Assembly: GCA_003971905.1 (NCBI GenBank)
Contig: RSEE01000018.1
Location: 434,001 to 498,000 of the forward strand
Direction of reading: 5' to 3'
Length of the DNA: 64,000 nt
Source of the DNA: Moniliella sp. 'wahieum'
Taxonomy: Eukaryota
Every line of letters starts with the position of its first letter. Positions within the stretch are counted from its first letter, which is position 1. Made by a program: the position numbers and the translations under genes. Positions 1 to 11,189 of this stretch are shown here, piece by piece. The notes under the pieces were generated by a model. It had not been told where the DNA came from. It saw only the letters and a program-made list of their open reading frames with translations, and searched no databases.

Positions 1-1811
1 TGCAGGTGAGGACTGCGACGGGGTGGGTTCCATGCACTCAAGATCCCAAGCCAGAACCAGTTGCACCGTGCCAACTTTCTGACCAGATGAAAGCTCGTCG
101 TCTCCCTCCGACACCTTGTTGTACGATTGGGGAAGCATTGGTTCATTGGCCACGACGAATTCTTGGATCAGCGAGATGCCAGCAACGGCCATTGCGAGGG
201 CAGCGCGTTCGCTTGGTTCTTTGCCAAACGTTGCTGATTCATTGGGCTTCTGGTAGTTGACGGGATGGTTCCGACTCAACAAGTCGGCCCAAAAGTCGGT
301 GGCAAAGGGGGCATAGTGCATGTAGGAATACTGAGGAGCTCCTTCCCCTGCCTTGTCCGTGGTCGACTGAGTGGAGATGTGCCTTGGATGATCCAGGGGC
401 TCAATGAGAGAAAGAATGCGTTTGCCGTGGGAAAAGACAGTGGTAACGGATGTGAGCCGGCGCGAATCGGTGCTGCTGATAGTCAGCTGGGTGCTGAACT
501 GGTCGAAGTCAGAGAAAAACGTCGGCCTGCGGGATGCTGAGGGGGGCGTAGATGTGAAGGAAGGGGCAAGACATTCGGTCGAACATGTGGAGCAACTGGG
601 GAAACCGGACTTGGCCCAAATGTATTGTGTCGATACTCTTGCTCCCGCCAATCAGGCTGGTGCAGGGAACAGCACCGGGATCCATGGTAGTGTACATGTG
701 CCGGTCCTCACTGTCGCTGCAGTGAACCCACATGGAAAAGCTCGAGGGGATCATGTTTGGCATTTGGTCCGGCGTGGGAGGCGCAGTGAGGGTAGGGTCC
801 GTAAAACGAGTAACGTTGCCCTTGATCGTTTCGGTCGCGTTTTCCCAGCCCGGAACACCATATGGGCCACTCAGGCCGCCGTACCCTGAACTAGCCAGCG
901 TAAGAGCATATATCCCATCCACCCGCCGGTACATAGAAGTCATCTTCGGAACGTGGTTCGGCGATGAGGTGCAGAAACTCAACGTCATCTTTACGTACAT
1001 TCTTGAGGACTTGGATGTGGCTCGACACCTGCTTGCGTGTGCGTTGTTTGCCCGTCTTGCGATGAATATAGTCAGCAATGAGCTCGTTGCGCCCACAGGC
1101 CTTGCCATGCACCAACACTTTGCGTCTCCCAAGTTTGGGGATGAATCGAAGCGCTGGTAAATATAAAATAAAGGTCAATGGTGAGTCTACAAAAGACAGC
1201 GGAGAAACACTCTGTTCGTTACTTACCCTCCCAAAACGCCACTTCAACATCGTCAGGCCATACATCCGTGTTCTTCGCAATCGTACCCTTGTGGACGCTG
1301 ACTTAATAGGGGTACTATTAGGCGTCGTTTGGTCCGGCAGATTAGGTTGCGAAGGTGGAACGGTAGAGCCCCCCTCAGAAGTAGTAGGATCCACTTGGGT
1401 GGATGGCGCAGGGTCAGGGGCAGGAGGGGGGTGCTTGGATCAGGGTCGGCTTTTCCGTCGGGGGGTTGGAGAGATGATGTGGATGAGCTGACCGTGGGGG
1501 CGAAGGCATCTTCCAAGCTGCTGGTGCTGGTACTGGGAGTGACCCCTGCCGTATCGACGGAAGCATGGGTGCGCCGGCGCTTATGGGTCGTGGCAGCCCG
1601 CATAGTCAGGTCGGGGTCGAGGCTGAGGTCGAGCTGAGTGGCCGGAGCGGCCGGGGCGTCCGGCACAGCTTCCTGGGTAAGGGCAGACGAGGGAGAAGGC
1701 GATATGTGGGCAGCAAGGCAGAAAGGAGGTCCTGGGGCGTGGCCGCTGTGCAGGCGGCGCAGAAGCTGTGGTTGCAGCGGGATCCGATGACGGCAGCCAC
1801 GGTTCAGGCAT
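1..1811 (-). CDS. TEC1: TEA/ATTS-domain transcription factor (Tec1/AbaA family); 3' end runs off the window; frameshifted
   Basis: Spliced translation [64 protein letters not shown] is a TEA domain. GTAAGT...CAG intron at 1154-1226. Start ATG uncertain (1811 or about 1603). Confidence 0.9.
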
Positions 1812-2838
1812 AGCAGCGGCAGGCGGGGGGCTGGGAAAAGGGAGCGTTGGCGGTGAACGCTGAACGTTGGCAGTGCCGTGGGGGAGAGGGGAGGCGTAAG
1901 ACGACGAGCCACGAGAGGGAAGCGATGGAGGTGGAGCAGAGGAGGCAGGGGAGGTACACAGAGAGGGGACCGCAGACGGAGCAGACGGGGGAGGGGGCAG
2001 AGAAGGAGCGGTTATTAATTATTGCTGCAATGGCCGAGCTGGGTTGTGCCGCTACTCCCTGCCGCCCAGTGCTGCACCCGCGCAGGCCAGCGCTCTGCGG
2101 CACCCGGCGACTATGCTGCGTGCATGAGGTCACCGGTCACCGATAGTGGGGAACGGGGGTCGATTGATCATATTGATGGCAGATGGCTGACCGGCATCCC
2201 TATATCCACACCGCACCCGAGTTGCAGCGGGTGAATATGGTGAATGGTGTCCAAGAGGAAAGCACGGCGCCACTTTGGGTACCCGGTAGCAGCGGCCAGT
2301 GTCCTGGTGGCTGGAGGCGAGCCGGTGGTGACCGATGATCGATGATCCGGTGAAATATGGTACGATGAGGTCGATGATGTGGATGATGCGCGACGCGTGA
2401 CGTGTGATATACGATACAATTGTCTCTGGTGTGGGACGCGTGGCGCGCGACCGGTACGTGTAGCTGCCCCGCAGGGTGCAGTCTGAGATCTGTTGAGATC
2501 TAAGATCTGGATCTGACCTCCATCTGGCCTTCCCTGTGCCTTCCCTCTTGAAGCTCTTGAAGAGCTTGCTTGACACTCCTGAAGCTCTTGAAGCTTGAAG
2601 CTCTTGAAGACGAAGAAGCTGCAATTGCCAACGCCACTTTCAGGCCTAAGCGTCACAGGCCACAGTAACCTATCGACATCCTGCATTGCTTATTGTTTTT
2701 TGCTACCAATCGGTCTGCCTTTGATTAGAGCCAACAACGGTCACGTCGTCACTAGTCAGTAACCAAGAGCTGAAGACGGAGCCTCAGTCTGAGCCTGAGC
2801 GCTCAGGCCGAGGGTTCGTCGTGACGCGTGACGCGTGT

Positions 2839-2891
2839 GAAGCTTGAAGCTTGAAGCTTGAAGCTTGAAGCTTGAAGCTTGAAGCTTGAAG
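2839..2891. repeat. (GAAGCTT)x7 tandem heptamer, longest perfect member of the TNA-palindrome repeat family
   Basis: Seven exact GAAGCTT units at 2839-2887, read directly. Confidence 0.97.
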
Positions 2892-4015
2892 AACGGGAAC
2901 GTTCACAAGCTCAACGTTCAAACGTTCACACAGTCACTAGTCACTAGCTCTTGTATCACTAGCAACTAGCCACTCTAGTGACTAGTCCCCTAGTCCTAGT
3001 CATGTGTTCCCGTTTAACAATGGTCGAACGCAGTACAGAGCGTTTGAATCAATCGAATCGATGAATGGAAATGGGCATACATACTAATTGATCATTGAAT
3101 ATGGATCGGATCCTCGATAATAGCGGAAATGGACCATGGTGCATGTGGAAGAGCACGCATGTGACGCGCTGGTACGGTAGTAGGTACATGGCGCAGACAG
3201 GCAATGGCCCGTCGACCCCTGCGCGTTGCGCGTTGCGTTCATGCACATTGGACCCAGCCGGCTGTTCCAGCGCAAAGCTTAAAGCTTAACGCCTAGCACT
3301 GAAACGTAAGCTTTCAGGCCTAAGGCCTAAAGCCTAACCGGTACCCTTCCAATTTAACATTTTTAAAGCTCACCAATCGTGTCAGGATGCAGGACCACAG
3401 TACAGTACCAGTACCAGTACTCCGTGCCAATATTCAATCGACATCGATCAGGTGGAAGTTATCCTGGGATCTCATCGATCTCATCCTATACATCCTATCT
3501 CAGTCCGATCATCGATCATCGGTACTTCGGGGTACAAAACATGTTACAATCATTCATCGACATCATCGATCATCAATAGTATGGAGTGTCTCACGTTCAG
3601 TACGTAGTTCAGTGTTCAACGTTCACGCGTTCACGCGTTCACGTTCAGTAGTCAATTTGAGTACTCAGTTACTCAACTCTTCAACACACCCAACGTTCAA
3701 TACGTTCAATGTTCAACCTCAGTGCTCCTCGGTACTCGATACTCTGTATACTCAACCTCAGGCCTCAACATCAGTCCTCACGATATACCCAACTCAGTAA
3801 CTAGCTTGACTCGTAAATCGTCATGGATCTTGAGGGCCTCAGGCTGAGGACCGTACCAGTGTCGGTACACCAAGTACTCGTATAATACACAACACCCGTA
3901 CACCCAGTATTCAGTGGCCTGGGCCTGACCCTCAGGCCTCAGGCTGAGGCCTCAGGCCCTCAGGGAGGGGATTTGAACTTTGGGCCTGTGCAAAGAAGGC
4001 TGGAAGCTGGACTAT

Positions 4016-4051
4016 CGGTCACCGGTCACCGGTCACCGGTCACCGGTCACC
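4016..4051. repeat. (ACCGGTC)x4 tandem heptamer
   Basis: Exact units at 4021-4048 with partial units on both sides. Confidence 0.95.
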
Positions 4052-4524
4052 AGCGAATGATCAGGCAATCATTTAATGACGCATGAAGCGCTCAGACTTA
4101 GCGCGCGGGATCCAGTCCAGCAGTATACTGACGGAGATGTACTGCTAGTCCACAACTTTTTTGTTTGAATTCCTTTTGAGGCTCAGGCTCAGCGCTCAGG
4201 TTGGGTACTCAGGTACTCAGTACTCAGTGGGTACTCGTCTGAGAGATCTGAGATCTGAGGCCCTGAGGGCCCGAGGCCTGAGGCCTGAGGCACAAGGCGC
4301 TCAGCTGCTCAGGCCTCAGGCTGAGGACTCTCAGTCCGAGTAGTCACGTCGTCACAATCATTGTGAGTTGTGAGCATGGTAACCCGGTAACGCCTGGTAA
4401 CGCGTAACGCGTACGTTTACCTAGTTCCGTTCCTAGTTAGTTACTAGTTACTAGTTACTAGTAACTGTCGTGACGCGTGACCGTGATGCATGGACTATAT
4501 TCGCCGTCTTAATCATCCCACATA

Positions 4525-4600
4525 CTCTGTAACCGACAGAGCTTAAGGCTGGGACGAAGAAGAACGCTGCGCCTAAACCGACCAGCCTTTCCTGCTTGTG
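4525..4600 (-). mobile_element. Short 3'-end remnant of the CRE/Cnl1-like non-LTR element (copy A, divergent)
   Basis: Minus strand reads GGTCGGTTTAGGCGCAGCGTT...TCCCAGCCTTAAGCTCTGT, matching the 3' ends of the copies at 8873 and 12680-12745. Confidence 0.7.
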
Positions 4601-6223
4601 GAAGCGGGTCGGGGTGGTGGTGGGGACCGTCGCTTGTGGACGTTGAAGGAATTCGTGGGCGCAGTGGGGAGTCGGAGGGAGGGAAGAAGAGCAAGAAAAG
4701 GGGACAAGGGATTGATCGTAATATATGTAGGGGCAAGGAGGCTAGATCTCTAGCTCTCTCTCCACATCTGGGGTACGCGCGTGTGGCAGGCGAATGATGC
4801 TGTAGTCTTAGATCTTAATACAAGTGGGTCGGAACCCTGGCATTGGTCAACCCCAAAAAGCTCTATATCATAGCGCTGAAGCTATGAAGGAGGTCAAAAT
4901 AAACCCCCGGAACGGAGCCCATGCGCTTTCCATTGCAAGTCGCAACAGGTCAGCCCGTGTGTTTTACATGCTTGCCAGTTTCTGCCGCCACTACGAATGA
5001 GCTGCGCACACTATCGGCTTCAAGCTTCAACAGATTCATGATTTCCACGGCTCCTTCGTATCGAGTACCTTCCTTCGTATCCACTTTTTGCAGCTTTCAA
5101 CCCAACGTCAGGCCTGAACGGCTCTGAACGTTGAACTTTGAACGTTGAACTACTCTATCGACGATTCTCTCCACTATACATTTCTGCGGAGGCAAGTGAT
5201 TACAGTGGCTACTCTTTTGGTATAGCTATCTGCATATAGGCCTACGCTTCTTCGACGCAGCATATTAGTAGCTGGCAAAAACGCAAAACCAGGGACCAAT
5301 ATTCTATTCGTGGAACCTACGCCTTTTCTCTCAAAGCAATATTGAGACGCTCGCTCCTTTTGCTATTCACGCGCTCATCGCCTCTGCCCCACATTCTCCA
5401 AGCCAAGCCTTCTGTACGCGTCACCAGTCCTAGTCATTCTTCAAGTCACCTGATGCACCTGTTGCATGGTAACCTAGTTTTCCTCTGTTCGTGTGACATG
5501 TGACATGTGATATATGATATGTGACATGTGACAAGCGTCCACTTTATATATTCAGTAGTGCTGCCATCTGCATCACCAGGCCCCAGGCCGGACCGGGACC
5601 GGAGAGTCCAGTCAGAGACCAGGGGGTGGTACGATTATTCATGTCGATGAGAGGAAAAGCAGCAGGCCGTGGACATTTGACTTAGACCAAAAAAGGTGGC
5701 TTATTAAAAAGAGGGACAACACAGAAGAAGAGCAACACCTTTGTCTCCAGGGAATCGGAGAGTGTGCGAGACACGGGAGCCTGTGTGCCTTAGTGGTAAT
5801 TGGAGTGGGATGCAGTAGGACACAATCTAAGGGTAAGCGGTAACCGGTAACCGGTAATCGATCCGTAATCGAGTATCGAGTACTGAGTACTGACTGCCAA
5901 ATGGAGAAGTATGAGACCGATGAAACGTGTGAGACGTGTACGATGGCTCGGAAGAAGACGTTGTATCATCCGATTAAATCTGTGGGACGCATCCCGTATA
6001 TGCGTCTTTTAATAGGCCCCATTATCCGTCCAAATTGCTGTTCCGATGGAAAACAAGGTCAAGATACTATATGGGTCATCTCCTCCAATGGGCCAAATGT
6101 ACTGCCACACCACACCACCTCTCCTCTTTGCTGGCTTCTTGGATCTCTCCCTTTTGCTTCTCTCACGCCCTTGTCCTGAAGCCCTCTAGGATCCGATTGG
6201 CATAGATAGTATTCACTGACCTT

Positions 6224-6325
6224 GGTGGCGCTTCCAAGTAACCCCCGCAAGATGAACGGTTCGGTTTAGACGTAGCGTTTCCCCTGTCCCACAGCCTTAG
6301 GCTCTCTGTCAATGAAATGGACGCG
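6224..6325 (+). mobile_element. Short 3'-end remnant of the CRE/Cnl1-like element (copy B)
   Basis: GGTGGCGCTTCCAAGTAAC...CGGTTCGGTTTAGACGTAGCGTTTCCCCTGTCCC...CTCTGTCAATGAAATGGA aligns by eye to 12643-12740. Confidence 0.8.
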
Positions 6326-6800
6326 GTCTAGAGAAAGAACCTCAATCTCATTGACGGCCAATCCTTATCGACATTCACTATCATTATTCGAGTCGCGATC
6401 ATATAAGCACTGGTCATCAGGGTCATGAAATGACCCTGATGATGCAATGATGGTTGTACCACTGTGCTGTGTACTGAGTGTCGACTACTTATCAGTGCAT
6501 TTAGTATTTAGCCTCTCACCGGTCACCAGACGCGGCTCGTCGCGCTCATCGTGCGTTTGTGGCTACTGAGGGCCCCTTCACTTCTCCCTCCCGAAGCCTG
6601 TATATAGGAGCTCCGAGATGTTCTCGCGCTTTTATTTTCTGAGTGGGGCCCCCGGGCTTATACCCCCACGCACCACCAACCGCTATAGGGCAATACCACC
6701 ACCCTCAAGAGGGCTCTCAGAATCTCATATCCCAGGTTACTTTCATGAAGCTTGAAGGACCTCAAGCTTCAAGCTTCAGGCATCGGCTTCGAGAACTATA

Positions 6801-6874
6801 AGCTTCAAGCTTCAAGCCCTTCAAGCTCTTCAAGCTTCAAGCCCTTCAAGCTCTTCAAGCTTCAAGCCCTTCAA
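6801..6874. repeat. 25-bp higher-order repeat built from AGCTTCA + AGCCCTTCA + AGCTCTTCA
   Basis: Units parse as 7,7,9,9,7,9,9,7,9 nt. Confidence 0.9.
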
Positions 6875-7036
6875 TCTTGGAGCTAGCTTGAAGGGTCAGA
6901 ACCCAGATCTCAGGCTATAGGCCGGTCAGGTCATCATGCATAGGTCTCAGGACCCCATTTACCAGTTACCGGTTACCCACCTTCCTCCCTTAATTTTCAG
7001 TCCACAAAAGAAGCATCTGTAGCTGTATCTCCCTTG

Positions 7037-7095
7037 TGCATCCATATCATTGACAGAGCTTAAGGCTGGGACAGGGAAACGCTACACCGACCCGG
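7037..7095 (-). mobile_element. Short 3'-end remnant of the CRE/Cnl1-like element (copy C)
   Basis: Plus strand TGCATCCATATCATTGACAGAGCTTAAGGCTGGGACAGGGAAACGCTAC is near-identical to 8876-8930. Confidence 0.8.
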
Positions 7096-7994
7096 AGGAC
7101 CATGTGAGTTGCAAATTACACAAAGAGTTGCGCGTCTACACGTCTACGTTCCCGTAACGCGTAACGCGTAACGCTTGGTGCATGCAATGGTGTGCGTGAC
7201 GCGTGACGGTGTCTTACTAGCACTCGCGTCACGCGTCACTAGTCACTGTTAACGCGCTGACGGGACAACATCGAATACTGACAATGGCAGAGTGCAAAAC
7301 ACTCTCAACGTTCAAAACACTCTCCCGAAGAGGGTTTTGGTGTGTCCCTTTAGCTTACAAGTAACGCGTATAATGCGCGTAATTGAACACCGTCCTTCGG
7401 GATATACTTCCTGCTACCGCTTATCCCCTCATTAATCATCACATGTCGCATGCATTATTGCCAAAACTTCCTCAGACTGTTGCTGTGTGGATGACGCCGA
7501 TATGATAATAGTAGCCTGTGGGAGTAGTGACATCATTGAAGCAACAGTCGCATTTAGTGATATCAAATGACCGACAACAGCGGCTCAGGCAGGCGATCAT
7601 ACGCAATGACTATAGTGACTGCAGGATCTCATCGCCAAGCCCGGGGCCGACGCGGTATTTGTTTAGATGCTCGAGGACTGCGTGATAGCTCGGTGACGGT
7701 CATTAGATCGATCCGAAAGTCCAGAGCCGCGTAAGGGGGGATGTACATGTAACCGCGGGAATTCGAAAGGGATAGAAAGATGAGTTTTTCAGAGTATCTT
7801 TCTATCTTTCTTCCTCGCGGCGTTACAACGGTGGTTCTTTCGTCTTCCCCGGTCAAGCACCATGAGATTATAGGGTCACCCACCACACAACGGACGACTG
7901 TGTTGTTCCTATTTCCCTTTGTGGAGAGCGATACTAATTCTCTCCGGCCTCTCACTTGTATATATGTCCTTCCCGTCTCGTCCGCGCCAAGCCA

Positions 7995-8660
7995 ATATTA
8001 AACCAGTGGAGTCGCCAGCAGGTCAGGAGCCTCTATTGGCGCTGCCATTCCCTTCCCGCCGGATGTAGCACGTGAGAATGAGAGAGGTACAATATAGATA
8101 GGCATGTTGTGAGCGACGGTGAACGTTGAACCATCTCCAAGACTCATCATGAATCACCGACGACGGTTTTTCAGCCCCCATACAGGTTGTTGGCCATCTT
8201 TGTGGCATAGTATCCGTGCGTCGTCATGACCAAGGGAAATAAAGCTTGACGACTCTTCAGTGTGCCCCAGTGGTGCTTGACGTTCTTGTCGGATTTCACT
8301 TGTTCCAAAAGTCATCGAAGTAAGTAACTAACGTTATTGTACCGGCATTCCAAAAGGCGTTATGGTTCCCTCGTGTACCACCTTCCGGTACGCAATCGTC
8401 GCCTCGAGTCCTTTGTGCCCGGATCATGCACAATTAAGATATGGTTCACTCCTATTCCTGATCCTCCAAAGGCTCTAGGTCCCAACATCACTCGATCGCT
8501 ATATATTTCTGTGATGTACGCCTCAGCGCCTGTTGCCCATGCCTCTCGTCTCTCGTCTTCCTCTGAACCGTAGACTCGATATATTGTACATATGAGTGTC
8601 CGTGTTGATGAGCACGTGTGTAACTGTGGGGGCGGTGTGAAAAGGTGAATCATGAGATGG
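7995..8660 (-). mobile_element. Degenerate CRE/Cnl1-like RLE retrotransposon fragment (copy D)
   Basis: Collinear similarity to 8985-9420 (e.g. TAGTATCCGTGCGTCGTCATGACCAAGGG vs TAGTATCCTCGCGTCGTCAAAACCAGGGG). ORF fragment MLGPRAFGGSGIGV matches MRPGAIGGSGMGV of copy E. Confidence 0.7.
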
Positions 8661-8872
8661 AATAAAACTGTAGACAACGGAACGGGGGAGAGTGGACAAT
8701 GGGACGATGGAGCAGTGGCCCAGCGCCCAATATAAGCCGGACCGTGGGCCCTATGGTCTGCTATTAGTTTACTATCTCAGAAAGGCGTGTAGTATTGAGC
8801 GGTGGAAATGTTCGGAATATCTCGCTGGAGCTGGACCGAAGAAGCCAAAAAGAAAATGACTTTTTTGCTACT

Positions 8873-9755
8873 CTCTGCATCCATATATCATTGACAGTAG
8901 AGCTTAGGCTGGAAAGGGGAAACGCTACGCCTAAACCGACCCGTTCATCGTGCGGGTTGTTACTTGGAAGCGCCACCCCTGTTAAGGAACCAGGGGGATC
9001 GCCAGGATATCAGGGCATTCTGGTTCTCGCCATCCGGTCCCTTACCCTAAGAAGCGCGTGTGGACACGAATGACGTGGTTGACATCCGAGCGAGGAACCA
9101 TTTCCATTATAGACTGAGTAGCCAAATCCTTCCAATGCGCAAACATCTTGCCTGCTGTCTGGTGCCGTAGTATCCTCGCGTCGTCAAAACCAGGGGGGAA
9201 AACGGTTCTTGAGTGCGTTCCTGTACTTGGCGTTCTTGTCACATTCTGATTTTGCTCCATCAGCAACCGAAGCAGCTCCTTCTCCCGGCGTTCCAAAGGC
9301 GTCACAGTGTCTCATGTACCACTCTCCCGTACGCGCTCTGCGCCTCCTGCGATCCTGGGCCGCGCAGCGTGTAGTAGTTACCCCCATTCCGGATCCTCCA
9401 ATTGCTCCGGGCCTCATCACCGGTATAGTCGGTGCGCAGTGCCCTCCGCCCGCGCCTCGACCCATCCTCTTCCTCCACAGGAGGTTCGTTCCGGACGTGG
9501 GTGTCGGGATGGAGCACACGAGCTGGAGAATGGGCTCCCGCACTGCCTCATGCAGCGCACTATAAACTTGGCCGGGGAGCGGGTGCAAGCCATGATGTGC
9601 TCCAGCGAGGACATAACGCCGCACTTGCACATGCTGCGCGTGGAGCGGCACAGCGTGCGGAGCTGGAGACCAACCTGAACCTGTTGGTCAGAGAGCTTGA
9701 GACACGGGGCGAACCGAATGGCGGAGACGAGCCAATTGTAGCTCAGATGGTTGCT
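8873..9755 (-). mobile_element. 5'-truncated non-LTR retrotransposon, CRE/Cnl1-like: zinc knuckle, restriction-like endonuclease and 3' UTR (copy E)
   Basis: Frameshift-joined translation WL...LKLSDQQVQVGLQLRTL...CKCG...EHIMAC...R-HEAV...NEP...LRTD...KNAKY...F-PLVLTTRG...FAHWK...MSTT follows the CCHC, RH, RxD, KY motif order of RLE-clade elements (recognised from memory, no search run). No RT domain is present. Confidence 0.75.
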
Positions 9756-11189
9756 GTGCTTAGTATATACAAGGAAATCATGGGGGACACAAAGTCCACA
9801 TTATCATGTGCGCCATCACTGTTGGTTTCATGGAAGAATGCGTTAGTTATATAGGGTCAGATGAGGAAGAGATGTGCCGAAGGCAATAATAACATCTCTT
9901 TGTACCACCGCACTCAAGCGGCCATACAACCCATTTGGAAACCAAAGATAGCAGAAGCCACACACACATCGCCTCTGGCGGTATGTCCAACTATATTTTG
10001 CCGAAGTATTTTCGGAAAATGCTGTGCTACCGATAGACGGACACCCTCAAATCGTTATAGTTGTGTATGCTTCTGTTCCCGAAGGACCGAGGGAAGCGGC
10101 GGCCATAAAAAATCATGAATCGTGTAATGCATACGACCACACACCAGGCTATGAGACGCTGGTGTCCGTTAAAATAATTTGACCATACGGAAACAAGCTT
10201 AAAGAAGGTACTAAGGGTTGTGTTTGAAATTTGACCGCGAGCAACGATAATACGGAGCCGCTCATTGTTCCAACTTGTCTTCTTCTTGCGATCATTGCTC
10301 TCAGGGTCATACTGTTGATCATTAGATCAGACTATGACCACTACCTGTCTTCTCTGTGCCATCATATGTCTCTGCATCTCTCTATTGTTCGTATTAGTAG
10401 GCGGCGACAGCGGGTCGCACCCTTTCATTGTACACACAATGGAGCACAGAAAAGTGGTCAGAGAACTTCAAGTGTGGATACTGGTATGTGTCTTGTCTGT
10501 TACGTCTCTTCAGTCCCTACTCCATCCTCTCACCAGAGGATGTCATGTGTTGAGGCGACGCCCCAAAAACGTCATCCTGCGTGACAGGCATCATCCCTCT
10601 TATCCGCCCGGACGCTCCCTCAGCTCCGCGGTACCTTGCCCATAAAAGGCCCTACCCTTCTCATAGCCTCCTGTACCCCTCCTCAGAACCACATCCTTCA
10701 TTCCATTGAGAATCTTGCAGTAGTCGTGTGCGTGAAGTTACGAAGAAGAACATGAGTATTAATAGTTGGAACTCCTCAGATCACCACTGGAACTGCATTC
10801 CCCCTTCTGCTCTTCCTTTCTCATGGCACTGCCGAATTACATGCGCGAAAAATGGGAAGTTATATACACTTTCTGTGTCAATGTCTGTGGCGGATGGATA
10901 TAGGATATTGCTTGTGGTCTCTGTGGGAGGAAGATGCAGAATGAGAATGTGCGCGTTAGGGGGGGGGGGGGGTTGGCAGAGGTGGTCTAATGCAAACGTA
11001 TGGACTATGATGCCATTGGAATTGGTTGTACCGCTGGGGAGAACCGCTGCATTACTTATTGGCCGAACGAAAGACGGTATGGATTACCTGTTCCAGGGGT
11101 TATATGCGGTGTATGTTAGGAGCTGTGTTGGACCCGATATGGTCTGATCCGAGGTAAGGCTTTCCCGCTCTACTCACATGCCCACAGTA

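Noticed and set aside
2821..4480. CRISPR array, telomeric repeat or synthetic polylinker (many restriction-site hexamers)
   Set aside because: There is no repeat-spacer structure or cas gene and no TTAGGG-type tract. The motifs are degenerate, dispersed through many promoters and limited to A....T hexamers, unlike vector sequence.
9730..9800. tRNA-like start GCCAATTGTAGCTCAGATGG
   Set aside because: No T-arm or acceptor stem follows, and the segment is the antisense of the retroelement coding region.
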